A DNA stretch of 64,000 bases. It comes from Elusimicrobia bacterium GWB2_63_22 (lineage in GTDB: Bacteria > Elusimicrobiota > Elusimicrobia > Elusimicrobiales > UBA9959). This document shows positions 17,951 to 27,620 of this stretch, piece after piece. Each line of letters starts with the position of its first letter. The first letter of the stretch is position 1. Both the position numbers and the translations under genes were made by a program. The notes beneath the pieces were generated by a model that saw only the letters and a list, made by a program, of their open reading frames with translations, ran no database searches and was not told the origin of the DNA. The stretch covers positions 20,056 through 84,055 of the forward strand of contig MGUA01000034.1 in the NCBI GenBank assembly GCA_001799735.1. Reading direction: 5' to 3'.

Positions 17951-19465
17951 CTAGAGGTTGAAGAAAGCCTTGATGCGCGAGAGCAGGTCCTGCTCCTCGT
18001 TCCTGAGGCCGGCAGCCGCGGCGTCCCCGGCCAGTTTCTCCCTCGCGGCGGACAGCTCTACGTGCCTCTTGGCGATGATGGCGGCGATGGAGGCCGCGAT
18101 CTCCGGGCGGCTGGCGAGCACGCCGCGGAAGTTGTCGCGGTCCAGGCGGTAGCACCTCACTTCGCCGGAGGCCACCACAGTAGCCGTCCTCGGCTCGCCG
18201 GTCAGCAGGCCCATCTCGCCCAGTACGTCCCCGGCCCCGAGCTTCTTGACCATGTTGTAGCTCTCCGAGCCGGCGGCGCGCACCTGCACCTCGGCTCCGC
18301 CGGAATAAATAATGTAGAGGCAGTCTGAAACGGCGCCCTGCGCCGTTATCCGCTCCCCCTGGGAGAAGGGCGCGGACTTCAGCTTGGCGGCCAGCGTGCG
18401 CAGCTCGTCCTCGTTGAGAGGCTCGAAGACTTCCACCCCTTTGAGGGCTTCCTGGCGCCGCTCCTGCTCCGTCTGCAGCCCCCGGTCAGCCGCGTCGCGG
18501 GCGGCCTCGCTGATCACCAGCGAGCGGTTGTGCACCGAGAGCTTTATGCCGGCCCGGGAGAGGGAGTAAAAGATCTTGGAGCGCACCTTGGAATCCGTGC
18601 CGGCCGGCGAGGAGAGATCGCTGAGGTAATAGCGCACCTCGTAAACTACGCAATTCGGCAGAAAATCCTTTATGCCGCAGTACGGGACCGGCGTCCTGGC
18701 TATGCCCGCCGGCAGGTCCTCGGCGAAAGCCCTGTCCACCACGGCCGAGACCTCGCCCGGGGAGTGGTCGTAATACACGTTGAACGGCACCGCACGCCAG
18801 CGCGTATTATTCTGCGCTCTGCCCTGCACCAGCACCGGGCTCTTCATCAGGATGATATTGGGGATCACCACTATATCCCCGTCGAGGGTCTCGATGGTGG
18901 TCTGGCGCCAGCGGATCTCGCGCACTATGCCCTCGTGTTGGTCTATCTTTATCCAATCCCCCGGCATGAAGGAGTCCTCGAGGTGCAGCACCATGCCGCC
19001 GATGATGTTGCCCAGGGTGTCCTGCAGGGAAAAGGCCACCACGCCGGTGACCACGGCGGAGGTGGCCAGCACGCCGCTCAGGTCCGCGCCCGACGCGGAG
19101 ATGACGGCCAGGGCCGCCAGCACGTAGGCGCCGGCCAGGATGATATCCTCCACGAACTTGGAAACGCGGGTACGCAGCTTGGGCATGACCAGCGCGAACC
19201 CCAGCACCCCGGCCACGTTTATAGCCGCTATCACCGCCAGCAGGCGCGAGACCAGCTCCCCCAGCTTGACCAGCCCTCCGGGAGTCTCCCCGCCGAGGAA
19301 CTTAACGCCCAGCAAGCCCGCAATGGAGAAAAAAGCCATCAGGGCTGTGCCGCCGAGTTTTTTATGTGAACCGGGTGCCGCCCGGTACAGCAGGGCGATG
19401 GCCAGGAAAAGAAGGGAATAAAAACCTATTATCCAGGGGCCGAACAGGGCGGAGATATTTTGCAT
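17951..19465 (-). CDS. MscS family mechanosensitive channel with C-terminal cNMP-binding domain
   Basis: FSLQDTLGNIIGG..GDWI..IRWRQTTI..VIPN; C-terminal LGEMGLLTGEPRTATV. Confidence 0.92.
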   Translation of the reverse strand: MQNISALFGPWIIGFYSLLFLAIALLYRAAPGSHKKLGGTALMAFFSIAGLLGVKFLGGETPGGLVKLGELVSRLLAVIAAINVAGVLGFALVMPKLRTRVSKFVEDIILAGAYVLAALAVISASGADLSGVLATSAVVTGVVAFSLQDTLGNIIGGMVLHLEDSFMPGDWIKIDQHEGIVREIRWRQTTIETLDGDIVVIPNIILMKSPVLVQGRAQNNTRWRAVPFNVYYDHSPGEVSAVVDRAFAEDLPAGIARTPVPYCGIKDFLPNCVVYEVRYYLSDLSSPAGTDSKVRSKIFYSLSRAGIKLSVHNRSLVISEAARDAADRGLQTEQERRQEALKGVEVFEPLNEDELRTLAAKLKSAPFSQGERITAQGAVSDCLYIIYSGGAEVQVRAAGSESYNMVKKLGAGDVLGEMGLLTGEPRTATVVASGEVRCYRLDRDNFRGVLASRPEIAASIAAIIAKRHVELSAAREKLAGDAAAAGLRNEEQDLLSRIKAFFNL

Positions 19466-19471
19466 GGCTAT

Positions 19472-19477
19472 ATTGTA
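19472..19477 (-). promoter_or_regulatory. Putative -10 (TACAAT) 6 nt upstream of the mscS ATG, leaderless type
   Basis: Minus strand TACAAT-atagcc-ATG. Confidence 0.5.
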
Positions 19478-19495
19478 GAAAAATACGGGGGCTGT

Positions 19496-20023
19496 TCAGC
19501 GCAGGAAAAGCCGCGCGGCCAGCACCAGCTGCGCCGCCAGCGCGGGCACGCAGGCCAGCATGAAAAGGCGGCGCCGGCGGGTAGCGCAGCGGGCGACGGC
19601 GATTATGCGGGCCACTATGTCTTCGTAGTAACGGGTGGCGGTAATGCCGCCGCCGAGGTACCTGTCCAGGCGGTTGACCAGTTCCAGGTGCGTGTACCTG
19701 GCCAGGTCGCGCGGCACCAGGAAGGAATCTTCGGCGTCGATCTTCCCCACCCGCTGGTCCAGCAGCGGGATCTGCCGCGGCGTCTCGGCCAGCGGCGACA
19801 GCGCGGCCAGGCCCAGCGGCAGCACCGCGCACAGCAGCGCGACCGCAAGGAAGGACAACGGGCCTTCGCGGAAGACCCCGAGTATGATGGGCATTTCCAG
19901 AGCGGAGAAGAACATCAGTATCGCCAGTTTTATCTCGGTCCAGTCGGAAGTCCGCAGCACGCTCTCGTGTATGATCCAGAGACGGCGCTCGGGTTCCGGG
20001 TTAAGGTGGGAGGATACGCTCAT
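19496..20023 (-). CDS. Membrane protein resembling the Pycsar effector PycTM (DUF5706)
   Basis: Two N-terminal TM helices after DWTEIKLAIL, then DSFLVPRDLARY and YEDIVARIIAVARCATRRRRLF preceding a final TM; matches my recollection of the family pattern (A-E/D-x-K..SLLFFGDIA..DLARQI..IA.RK). Confidence 0.6.
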   Translation of the reverse strand: MSVSSHLNPEPERRLWIIHESVLRTSDWTEIKLAILMFFSALEMPIILGVFREGPLSFLAVALLCAVLPLGLAALSPLAETPRQIPLLDQRVGKIDAEDSFLVPRDLARYTHLELVNRLDRYLGGGITATRYYEDIVARIIAVARCATRRRRLFMLACVPALAAQLVLAARLFLR

Positions 20024-20039
20024 AGGGGCTCCTTGAAGT

Positions 20040-22271
20040 TCAGCTGTCCTGCAGGCGGCGCAGCTCGCGGTCGGCGTCGCGCAGGCGCAGCGCCTCCACG
20101 TTGGCCAGGCGCTGGTAGAAGGCCGCGCCGTACGCCGGGTCGCTGGCCGTAACGGCGTCGAAAGCCTCGCGGCTGATGCAGTAAAGGTCCGTGTCTACCA
20201 GGGCCACCGCGTCGGCGGTCCTGGGCGTGCGCACCAGGAAAGCCACCTCGCCGAAGAAGTCGCCCGGCCCGAAGACGGCCAGGTGGTGCTGGCGGTGGGT
20301 GTCCTTGAGCGGCAGCACTATGCGCACGTGGCCGCGCCTGATCAGAAAAAGTTCGTGGCCGCCGCCCTTGCGCAGGAAGACCGCCTCGCCGGCCTTGACG
20401 CGGCGTTCGGAGAAAGCCAGGTGCATCCGGTCCAGCAGGGTCTTATCCAGGCCCTTCAGGAAATCTATCTGCGACAGGTCCAGCAGCTCGCCGGGGTCGG
20501 GCCGGGGCACGCCGGCCTCGTCGAGCGCCATATCCTCGGCCCATTCCAGCGCGTCGTGCAGCGTCTCGAAGACGCGGCCGCCGCCGCGGCGGTGGGTGAG
20601 CCCCAGCTGCTTGAAATAGGCCACCAGGTCCTGCCCGGTGGGCAGGCTTTGCGGCAGATGCGAGAACACCAGCGACCCGCCCCTCTCGGCCAGGCGCTCG
20701 GCCACCTGCTCCAGCATGTGCACCGCCGTAAAATCCACCGACGTCACGCGGCGCATGTCCAGAATAAGCCGGCGGCAGGTGCGCAGTTCCGCCTCTATCT
20801 CGCTGAACAGCTGGTCGGTGGTGCCGAAGAACAGGCTGCCCTGCAGTTCCACCACCAGCGTCTCCCGGCCGCGCTCGGCCAGCACGGCCTTTTCGGCCGG
20901 CAGGCGCCGCTGCTTGGAGGAGATCTCCTCGCCGGTGGCCTTGCGGCGCACCACGTTGGTGCCCATCTGCTCGCGCATGAACAGCAGGATGGAGAAAACT
21001 ATGCCCACGCCGGCGGCGGTGATAAGGTCGGAAGCCAGGGCGGTGCCGGCCACAGAAACGATGACGGCGAAATCCAGGATGGTGGACTCCTTGAGCGCCA
21101 GCCGCACGCTGGAGCGGTCCACCATGCGCGCGCCGACCACGGCCAGGATGCCCGCCAGGGCGGCCACGGGGATGCGGCCTATGGCGGCGCCCAGCGCCAG
21201 GGCTGCGGCCAGGGCGAAAGCTCCCTCCAGCACGCCGGCCAGGCGGGTTTTGCCGCCGCTGGCCAGGCTCACCATGGTGGCGCCGAGGGTGCCGGCGCCC
21301 GGCATGCCGCCGAACAGCGCCGAGGAAATGTTGCCGGCCCCCTGCCCGCGCAGTTCCCGGTTGGAATCGTGCCGGGAGCGGGTTATGGAATCCGTCACCA
21401 CGCAGGTCTTGAGAGTGTCTATGGAAAGCAGCACCGACAGCGTGAGCGCCGGGCCCAGCATGGCGTAGAGCTCGCTGGAACCTATATGCCCGAGGGCTTT
21501 CAGGTTGCCGGCTATGCCGTGCCAGACCGCCGCGGGGCTGGTGGAGATGGCGCCGATGATGAACGGGTTGGCGTCGAGCGCCAGCAGCTGCGGCCGGACG
21601 AGGCCGGCCAGGAAGTGCGCGGCTATGCCGGCGGCCAGGCCCAGGATGGCGGCGGGCACGCGCCTGGTAAAGCGCGGCGCGGCCACCATCACTCCCGCCG
21701 TGACCAGCGCCACCGAGAAAGCCGGCCATTGCCAGGCGCCCGGGGCCAGCACGCCCTCCAGCGTGGAAAGTTCTTTGGCCAGGCCCAGGAAGGGCCCGGC
21801 CTGCTTGAGGAGGATGAGCAGGCCGACGCCGCTCATGTAGCCGGTGACCACGGGATAAGGGATATATTTTATCAGCCGCCCGCCGCCGAGCGCGCCGTAG
21901 ACCAGCTGCAGCACGCCGGAGAACACGCCGACCAGCACCAGCGAGGCCATTACGCTCTCCGGCGCGGCCCCGCCGGTAACCAGGCGCGCGCAGAGCGCCG
22001 CCATAACGGCGGCCGCCGGCGCGCAGGGCGCGGAAATAAGGTGGGGCGCCCCGCCCAGCGCCGGGGCGACAAGCCCTATGGCGACGGTGCCCAGGATGCC
22101 GGCCAGCGCGCCCGCCCCGGCGAAACCGGGGCCGAGCGGCGCGTACATGGCCACGCCGAAAGCGATAGCGGAGGGCAGGGCCACCAGCATGGCGGCCATG
22201 CCGCCCCAGGCGTCGGACCAGGCCGCGCCTTTTGGTTCGCCGGAGGTAACGTTTGATGAGAGGATTGGCAT
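20040..22271 (-). CDS. SulP/SLC26 anion transporter with STAS and cNMP-binding domains
   Basis: VALPSAIAFG, IKYIPYPVVTG, NRELRGQG, LQGSLFFGT, LDMRRVTSVD, FFGEVAFLVRTPRTADA. Confidence 0.93.
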   Translation of the reverse strand: MPILSSNVTSGEPKGAAWSDAWGGMAAMLVALPSAIAFGVAMYAPLGPGFAGAGALAGILGTVAIGLVAPALGGAPHLISAPCAPAAAVMAALCARLVTGGAAPESVMASLVLVGVFSGVLQLVYGALGGGRLIKYIPYPVVTGYMSGVGLLILLKQAGPFLGLAKELSTLEGVLAPGAWQWPAFSVALVTAGVMVAAPRFTRRVPAAILGLAAGIAAHFLAGLVRPQLLALDANPFIIGAISTSPAAVWHGIAGNLKALGHIGSSELYAMLGPALTLSVLLSIDTLKTCVVTDSITRSRHDSNRELRGQGAGNISSALFGGMPGAGTLGATMVSLASGGKTRLAGVLEGAFALAAALALGAAIGRIPVAALAGILAVVGARMVDRSSVRLALKESTILDFAVIVSVAGTALASDLITAAGVGIVFSILLFMREQMGTNVVRRKATGEEISSKQRRLPAEKAVLAERGRETLVVELQGSLFFGTTDQLFSEIEAELRTCRRLILDMRRVTSVDFTAVHMLEQVAERLAERGGSLVFSHLPQSLPTGQDLVAYFKQLGLTHRRGGGRVFETLHDALEWAEDMALDEAGVPRPDPGELLDLSQIDFLKGLDKTLLDRMHLAFSERRVKAGEAVFLRKGGGHELFLIRRGHVRIVLPLKDTHRQHHLAVFGPGDFFGEVAFLVRTPRTADAVALVDTDLYCISREAFDAVTASDPAYGAAFYQRLANVEALRLRDADRELRRLQDS

Positions 22272-22285
22272 GTATTAAGCCCGGA

Positions 22286-23548
22286 TTATTTCCTGGCGGC
22301 CTTAGCCGTCCTGGCCGCCTTCCTGGGCTGGGGTTTGCCCAGCTCGAACACGTCGTGCAGCGTGCGCACCCCGAGCTCTGAATACTTGGCCTCGATAAGG
22401 CAGGAGACCTTTATATCGGAAGTGTTGACCATGTAGACGCTGATGCCTTCGCGGGCCAGGGCCGTGAACATCTTGGAGGCCACGCCGCTGTGCAGGCGCA
22501 TGCCGGCGCCCACGATGGAGAGCTTGTTGAGCCCGGAGCGCACCGCGTAGCTGCTGCCTGGGTATTTAGCCGTGATCTTTTTAGCCGCCTTCTCCGCGGC
22601 GCCCAGGTCCGCCGAGCCGCAGGTGAAGGAGACGGAAGTCGCCCTGTCCGCGCCGGTGGTGTCCTCTACTATCATGTCGATATTGATCTCGTCCTCGGCG
22701 ATGGCGGTGAAGACGCCGGCCAGGATGCCGGGCTTGTCGGGGATGTTCAAGAGCGAGACCTTCACCTGGTTCTTGTCGCAGACTATACCGGCTACGGCGG
22801 CGTATTCCATTATTTCCTCCTCGGTCACCACCGAGGTGCCCGGGTTAAAATTGAGCGAAGAGCGCACGATGAGCGGGAGCCGGTTGCGGCGCGCCATCTC
22901 TACGCAGCGCGGGTGCAGCACCTTGGCGCCCAGGTAGGACATCTCCAGCATTTCCTCGTAGGTGACCTTGGGCAGCATGCGGGCGTCGGGGCAGACCGCC
23001 GGATCCGCCGTGTAGATGCCGTCCACGTCCTTGTAGAACTCCACCCGGTCGGCCTTCAGCGCCACACCCAGCGCCACGGCCGTGATGTCGGAGCCGCCGC
23101 GGCCCAGCGTGGTGATGGAGCCCTCGCGCGTGGCGCCCTGGAAGCCGGCTACCACCACAATGTAGCCGTCGTTCAGGGCTTCCAGCGTGCGCACGGTGTT
23201 AACGGATTCTATGCGGGCCTTGGAGAAGGCGCCGGAGGTGGTTATCTGCACCTGGTGGCCCAGGAAGGAGACAGCCCGGCGGCCCTCTTCCTCTATGGCC
23301 AGGGCCAGCAGCGCGGTGGTAACCTGCTCGCCGGTGGCCAGCAGCACGTCGAACTCGCGGCCTTCGCTGCGCCGCGAGACGGTTTTGCCCAGCTCTATCA
23401 GCCGGTTGGTCTCGCCGGCCATGGCCGAGACCACCACCACCACTTTATCCCCCCGGCCAGCGCTCTGGATGACGCGTTTAGCCACGGCGCGGATGCGGTC
23501 TATATTGCCGACGGAAGTACCGCCGTATTTCTGTATGATCAGGGCCAT
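22286..23548 (-). CDS. lysC: Aspartate kinase with two ACT domains
   Basis: QKYGGTSVG, TTLGRGGSD, DVDGIYTADP, GAKVLHPR. Confidence 0.95.
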   Translation of the reverse strand: MALIIQKYGGTSVGNIDRIRAVAKRVIQSAGRGDKVVVVVSAMAGETNRLIELGKTVSRRSEGREFDVLLATGEQVTTALLALAIEEEGRRAVSFLGHQVQITTSGAFSKARIESVNTVRTLEALNDGYIVVVAGFQGATREGSITTLGRGGSDITAVALGVALKADRVEFYKDVDGIYTADPAVCPDARMLPKVTYEEMLEMSYLGAKVLHPRCVEMARRNRLPLIVRSSLNFNPGTSVVTEEEIMEYAAVAGIVCDKNQVKVSLLNIPDKPGILAGVFTAIAEDEINIDMIVEDTTGADRATSVSFTCGSADLGAAEKAAKKITAKYPGSSYAVRSGLNKLSIVGAGMRLHSGVASKMFTALAREGISVYMVNTSDIKVSCLIEAKYSELGVRTLHDVFELGKPQPRKAARTAKAARK

Positions 23549-23575
23549 GAAATAGCTATGATAATAAAAAACAGC

Positions 23576-23839
23576 TTATTTATCTACAGTAGAGATGGCC
23601 TCTATCTTGGCCCAGTCCACAAAGGCATGGCTGCCCTGCCCGCGGTTGACGACCAGGCATTCCTCGGTGTCGGTCACCGACTCGGCCCGCAGCGCGCCGC
23701 CCGGCGTGGCCGCCCTGATAATGACCACGAACTGCATGTCTTCAAGCCTGTACGTCAGCTCGCCCGGTTTTGAATACTTGCTGTCCGGGTCCATGATGAA
23801 CCGCTTCTTCAACACACTCTGCCAGTCTGCTCTGTTCAT
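23576..23839 (-). CDS. Hypothetical protein
   Basis: GGGGG RBS before ATG; compact beta-rich sequence. Confidence 0.65.
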   Translation of the reverse strand: MNRADWQSVLKKRFIMDPDSKYSKPGELTYRLEDMQFVVIIRAATPGGALRAESVTDTEECLVVNRGQGSHAFVDWAKIEAISTVDK

Positions 23840-24022
23840 GTTTCCCCCTTGAGCGCTCTTGTCTGAAAATTAAAGCAAACTAACTATACAAAACAAAGAC
23901 CCCGGCAAAACCACGGGAGGCTGCCGCAGCAAGGCGGACTTTCAGCAAAACCGGGTTTCTTTGTATTATAAATATATTGAGCACGAAAATTTAGTGTGTC
24001 AAAGACTCTTCGAGGAGACTAC

Positions 24023-25897
24023 ATGAAAGAACTGAACTGGCGGCTGCTATTGCTCGGAGGCTCGCTGTGCGCCGTAGCCGCGGCCGCGACGCCGTACGTG
24101 ACGCTGAAACTCGGGCAGAGCGTGGACCTGACCATGGGCGGCATGTTCCTGGCCGCCTTTGTGCTGGGCAAGCGGATGAAAGGGCAGGAGCTCGCCATAG
24201 AGCTCAACATCATTCAGGCCATGATCGGCCTGGTGTCGAGCATCGCCTTCATGGTCGTTATCCTGTCGGCCTTCTTCTATATCCAGAACGTCTTCGGCCG
24301 CGACATCGGCTTTAACCTGAGCGTCTGGCAGATGTTCCTCTGGCTGATGGTCTCGGCCAGCCTCGGCGTATTCATGGGTATCTTCCCCCGCGCCTCCCTG
24401 CTGAAAGACCACTCCATACCCTGGCCGGGCAGCAAAGCCACGCTGGCCGTGGCCCAGACGCTGACCGACCCCAATGCCGGCGAAACCACCAAGCGGCGCC
24501 GCGACGTGCTGATGGTCAGCACCGGCGGGGCCGGCTTCCTGACCTTCCTGCGCGACGGCATGGGCGTGCTGCCCCCCATAGTGGGCAACGCGGCGCTCAA
24601 CATCTCCATAGGCCTGGAATTCGCGGCCTTCGGCATAGGCATGCTGGTGCCGCTCTCCGTCGGACTCTCCGGCCTGCTCGGCACCTGGATAGTCAGCGCC
24701 TTCGGCGAGCAGGTGGCGCAGTACTCGGCACTCTCCGGCGTGACTCCGGAAAACTTTGCCAGCTGCCTGAGCACCCTAAACTCGGTGGGCGGCCTGGAAG
24801 GCGCGCCTAAGGCGCAGGCTATGGACTTCCTCAACGCCACCTGCGGCAAGGCGACGGAGTTCCTCGGCGCCGGATCGCACTTCAAGTACGTAGTGCAGTG
24901 GATGATGTGGCCCGCCACGGCCATGATGATAGCCGCCGCGCTGACCAGCGTGCTCGTCCCCGTCGTAAAGCATTTCTGGCAGAAGCGCGAGGTTAAGTAC
25001 GAGAAGCACGAATTCAAGTCCCTGGCCGATGAGGAGATCCCGCTCTGGTGGACCGTCACCGGCATCTCCGTCTCCGTCACGCTGCTGATCTGGATGACCA
25101 GCTCCTGGTTCAACATGCCCTGGCAGGAAGTTACGCTGGCCGTGGCCATACAGCCCGTGCTGATCATCGCCGGCCTGCGCGTGCTCGGTATCACGGGCTC
25201 CGGCCCGGTCTCGCTGATGGCTAACGCCACGCAGTTCCTCTTTGGCCTTATCTGGCCCGCCCAGATCCGCTCCAACCTGGCGGCCGCCTACGTAAGCGCC
25301 AACCCGCAGGCCACGTCGGAATGCGTGGTGCCGTCGTTCTGGGTGGCGCAGCGCCTGGGCGGCAGGTTCAAGACACTGATAATCGCCATGCTGGCGGTGA
25401 TACCGATAGGCGCCCTGCTTACTCCCATCATGTTCAACATGCTCGAGAAGACCTACGGCATAGGCCTCAACCCCGGCCAACTCGCGGCCCCGACGGGTCT
25501 CAAGATAGCGACGCTCGCCATAGTGATGGAGAAGGGCATCTCCTACCTCCCCTACGGCGCGCTGCAGGCCTCCGTCATCGCCATCTTCATCGGCGTTTTC
25601 TTCGAACTGATGCTCTCGGTCAAGCGGACCAACGAGCTGGGCCACGAGGTGAGCCGGTTCTGGTTCATCCCGATCCCGGCGGCGCTGGGCTTCGCGCTGA
25701 TCCTGCCGGCCTCGCTGAACATAGGCATAGCCTGCGGCTCTATGATCTCGGCCATCTGGGGCCGCTTCTCGCCCGGCGAGGAAGGCTCCTTCGGCCTGTA
25801 CGGCACGCCGCTGGCCTCCGGCCTGGTGGCCGGCGAAGCCATGGTGGGCGCTATCCTGCTGCCGGCCCTAGCCGCGGTGATGGACCTGCTAAAGTAA
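24023..25897 (+). CDS. OPT/YSL family oligopeptide transporter
   Basis: YVTLKLG, ELNIIQ, PWPG..A, LAAP, ASGLVAGEA; GAGGAG RBS before ATG at 24023. Confidence 0.85.
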   Translation: MKELNWRLLLLGGSLCAVAAAATPYVTLKLGQSVDLTMGGMFLAAFVLGKRMKGQELAIELNIIQAMIGLVSSIAFMVVILSAFFYIQNVFGRDIGFNLSVWQMFLWLMVSASLGVFMGIFPRASLLKDHSIPWPGSKATLAVAQTLTDPNAGETTKRRRDVLMVSTGGAGFLTFLRDGMGVLPPIVGNAALNISIGLEFAAFGIGMLVPLSVGLSGLLGTWIVSAFGEQVAQYSALSGVTPENFASCLSTLNSVGGLEGAPKAQAMDFLNATCGKATEFLGAGSHFKYVVQWMMWPATAMMIAAALTSVLVPVVKHFWQKREVKYEKHEFKSLADEEIPLWWTVTGISVSVTLLIWMTSSWFNMPWQEVTLAVAIQPVLIIAGLRVLGITGSGPVSLMANATQFLFGLIWPAQIRSNLAAAYVSANPQATSECVVPSFWVAQRLGGRFKTLIIAMLAVIPIGALLTPIMFNMLEKTYGIGLNPGQLAAPTGLKIATLAIVMEKGISYLPYGALQASVIAIFIGVFFELMLSVKRTNELGHEVSRFWFIPIPAALGFALILPASLNIGIACGSMISAIWGRFSPGEEGSFGLYGTPLASGLVAGEAMVGAILLPALAAVMDLLK

Positions 25898-25913
25898 CTC
25901 AGGCACCCCAAAG

Positions 25914-25946
25914 AAAATCCCCGGCCTCTCAGCCGGGGATTTTTTT
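25914..25946 (+). terminator. Intrinsic terminator
   Basis: AAAATCCCCGGC/GCCGGGGATTTT stem plus T tract. Confidence 0.8.
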
Positions 25947-25949
25947 GCC

Positions 25950-26014
25950 CCGTCATTCCGGCGAAAGCCGGAATCCAGTTCCCGTCTGGACTCCTGCTTT
26001 CGCAGGGGTGACGG
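25950..26014. repeat. REP-like double-hairpin element, copy 1
   Basis: CCGTCATTCCGGCGAAAGCCGGAATCCAG..CTGGACTCCTGCTTTCGCAGGGGTGACGG; second copy at 43800. Confidence 0.8.
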
Positions 26015-26042
26015 ACAACTGAAGTTTCAGGCTAAGGGCCGG

Positions 26043-26396
26043 TTACTGCACCTTGAGCACGTCGGAGATGACTTTTTCCAGCGCGTCCTTGGGCAGAGCG
26101 CCCTGCGCCATCTGCGGCTTGCCGTCCATAGGCACGAACAGCATGCTGGGGATGCTCTGAATGCCGAAGGCCGCGGCCAGCGCCTGTTCCTCTTCGGTGT
26201 TTATCTTGTAGACGTCCAGCTTGCCGGCGTATTTCTGCGACAGCTCGTCCAGCACCGGGGCTAGCATCTTGCAGGGGCCGCACCAGTCGGCGTAGAAATC
26301 CACTATGCACGGCTTATCGCCGGCGAATTTCCATTCATTGTTCTTCTCAAAATCGAACACTTTGGTCTTGAACGCTTCAGTAGTCAGGTTCTGCAT
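26043..26396 (-). CDS. trxA: Thioredoxin
   Basis: DFYADWCGPCK, GIQSIP. Confidence 0.93.
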   Translation of the reverse strand: MQNLTTEAFKTKVFDFEKNNEWKFAGDKPCIVDFYADWCGPCKMLAPVLDELSQKYAGKLDVYKINTEEEQALAAAFGIQSIPSMLFVPMDGKPQMAQGALPKDALEKVISDVLKVQ

Positions 26397-26410
26397 TGTT
26401 GTTCCTCCGT

Positions 26411-26578
26411 TTACCGGTTCAGCGCGAAAGAAAGCCCCAGTAGGGCGCCCCAGATGACGCTCAGATACGGGCTCCTCACTATGGGGCAGGCCCCGGTGGA
26501 GCAGCCCACCAGCCTGTGCCAGAGATACCCCAGCATTCCCCCGGCCGAAACCCCCACCGCGATCGCCATGACCTGCAT
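26411..26578 (-). CDS. Small membrane protein, DUF6132-like
   Basis: GGMLGYLW..VGCSTGACPI..PY motif; GGAGG RBS before ATG at 26578. Confidence 0.75.
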   Translation of the reverse strand: MQVMAIAVGVSAGGMLGYLWHRLVGCSTGACPIVRSPYLSVIWGALLGLSFALNR

Positions 26579-26714
26579 TTTCGCACCTCCGCCAGTTTTA
26601 CCTTCGTAAATTAGATGCGCCGGGAGCCAAAAGGTTACAGCTTTGACCACTTTTGGATATAATTAAGTCTGAACGGTGCACAAAGCAAAGCATAGCAGGC
26701 TACTCATTCTCCCT

Positions 26715-26939
26715 ATGAAAACATACTGCGTAAAGTGCTATACCACACATGATGACAGCGTCCCGTGTTTTGACGCCACCGCGCAGGCGGCAAAGGACAT
26801 GGGAGTAAAAAGCAGGGAGGAACCGTCTTCCCCGGAACAGGCGCGCCGCGACGCCGCCTCTCTCCGCAAGGCCGTACTCCTTGTGATAGCGGCCGCCCTG
26901 GGCCTTCTAATCGGCGGCGCCTTCTTATTTTCCAAATAG
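26715..26939 (+). CDS. Hypothetical small protein with N-terminal CxxC and C-terminal TM anchor
   Basis: MKTYCVKC..H..C; hydrophobic tail. Confidence 0.55.
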   Translation: MKTYCVKCYTTHDDSVPCFDATAQAAKDMGVKSREEPSSPEQARRDAASLRKAVLLVIAAALGLLIGGAFLFSK

Positions 26940-26960
26940 CTTCACTACCCCCGTCCTTAC

Positions 26961-26997
26961 AAAAAACAGGCCCCTTTCTACAGGGGCCTGAAATTTT
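26961..26997. terminator. Probable bidirectional terminator
   Basis: A6, CAGGCCCCT/AGGGGCCTG stem, TTTT. Confidence 0.65.
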
Positions 26998-27066
26998 CGA
27001 GATTGAATTGTCGGCGATTAGGGAGATAGTCATCAGCGTCCCCTATCGCCCCTCAGTCCGCGAAAC

Positions 27067-27531
27067 TCATTTCGATGGATCGCATTTATAAGAGACAAGG
27101 TCCAAGCCGAATACTATCTCCCCGGCCTCTTCCTCACCCTCCTGCTCGAACCCAAAGCCGCGAAAGAACTTGATCGCGGCCTTATTGGCAACGCAGCAGC
27201 AGACGCAGACCCGGCCGAACTGGCCTCTTTCACGCATCTGCCTGAACAATTCCCTCACCGCCTCCCGGCCGTACCCCTTTCCCTGGTAGCGCTTGTCCGT
27301 CATCATCTGGTCGATGACGTAATTCTTTTCCGCCTGCAGGTCACGGTACAGGACAAACCCCACCATAGCACCGTCAGCGTAAACCGCTAACGGATGGGCG
27401 GTTTCATAGTAAACGTACGCCTTGGCCAGGGATTTAGCATTCGCCACTACGAACTTCACCTGCTCTTCCGCCACCGAGAGGTTTACGCATTCGCGGTAAT
27501 TGTCTTTGTCTATATTTTTCAGAGTTATCAT
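27067..27531 (-). CDS. GNAT family N-acetyltransferase (spermidine acetyltransferase-like)
   Basis: ITLKNIDKDNY..V..EQ..FV..N..SLA; YQGKGYGR acetyl-CoA motif; N..A..FF..FGF. Confidence 0.88.
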   Translation of the reverse strand: MITLKNIDKDNYRECVNLSVAEEQVKFVVANAKSLAKAYVYYETAHPLAVYADGAMVGFVLYRDLQAEKNYVIDQMMTDKRYQGKGYGREAVRELFRQMRERGQFGRVCVCCCVANKAAIKFFRGFGFEQEGEEEAGEIVFGLDLVSYKCDPSK

Positions 27532-27620
27532 AGAATTTTTGGACTGGCTCCGCATCAGATTCCCGTCTCACCCTCCGCTACGGCTTTCTGCGGACCAGTT
27601 CTATGAAGCCGTGCGTGGAA

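Noticed and set aside
23895-23960. GCAAAACC repeated twice in the spacer upstream of the OPT gene, superficially like a c-di-GMP-I riboswitch
   Set aside because: The remaining consensus (GNRA tetraloop stem, receptor, GCCUAAAC-like P3) is not present; at most a weak operator candidate.
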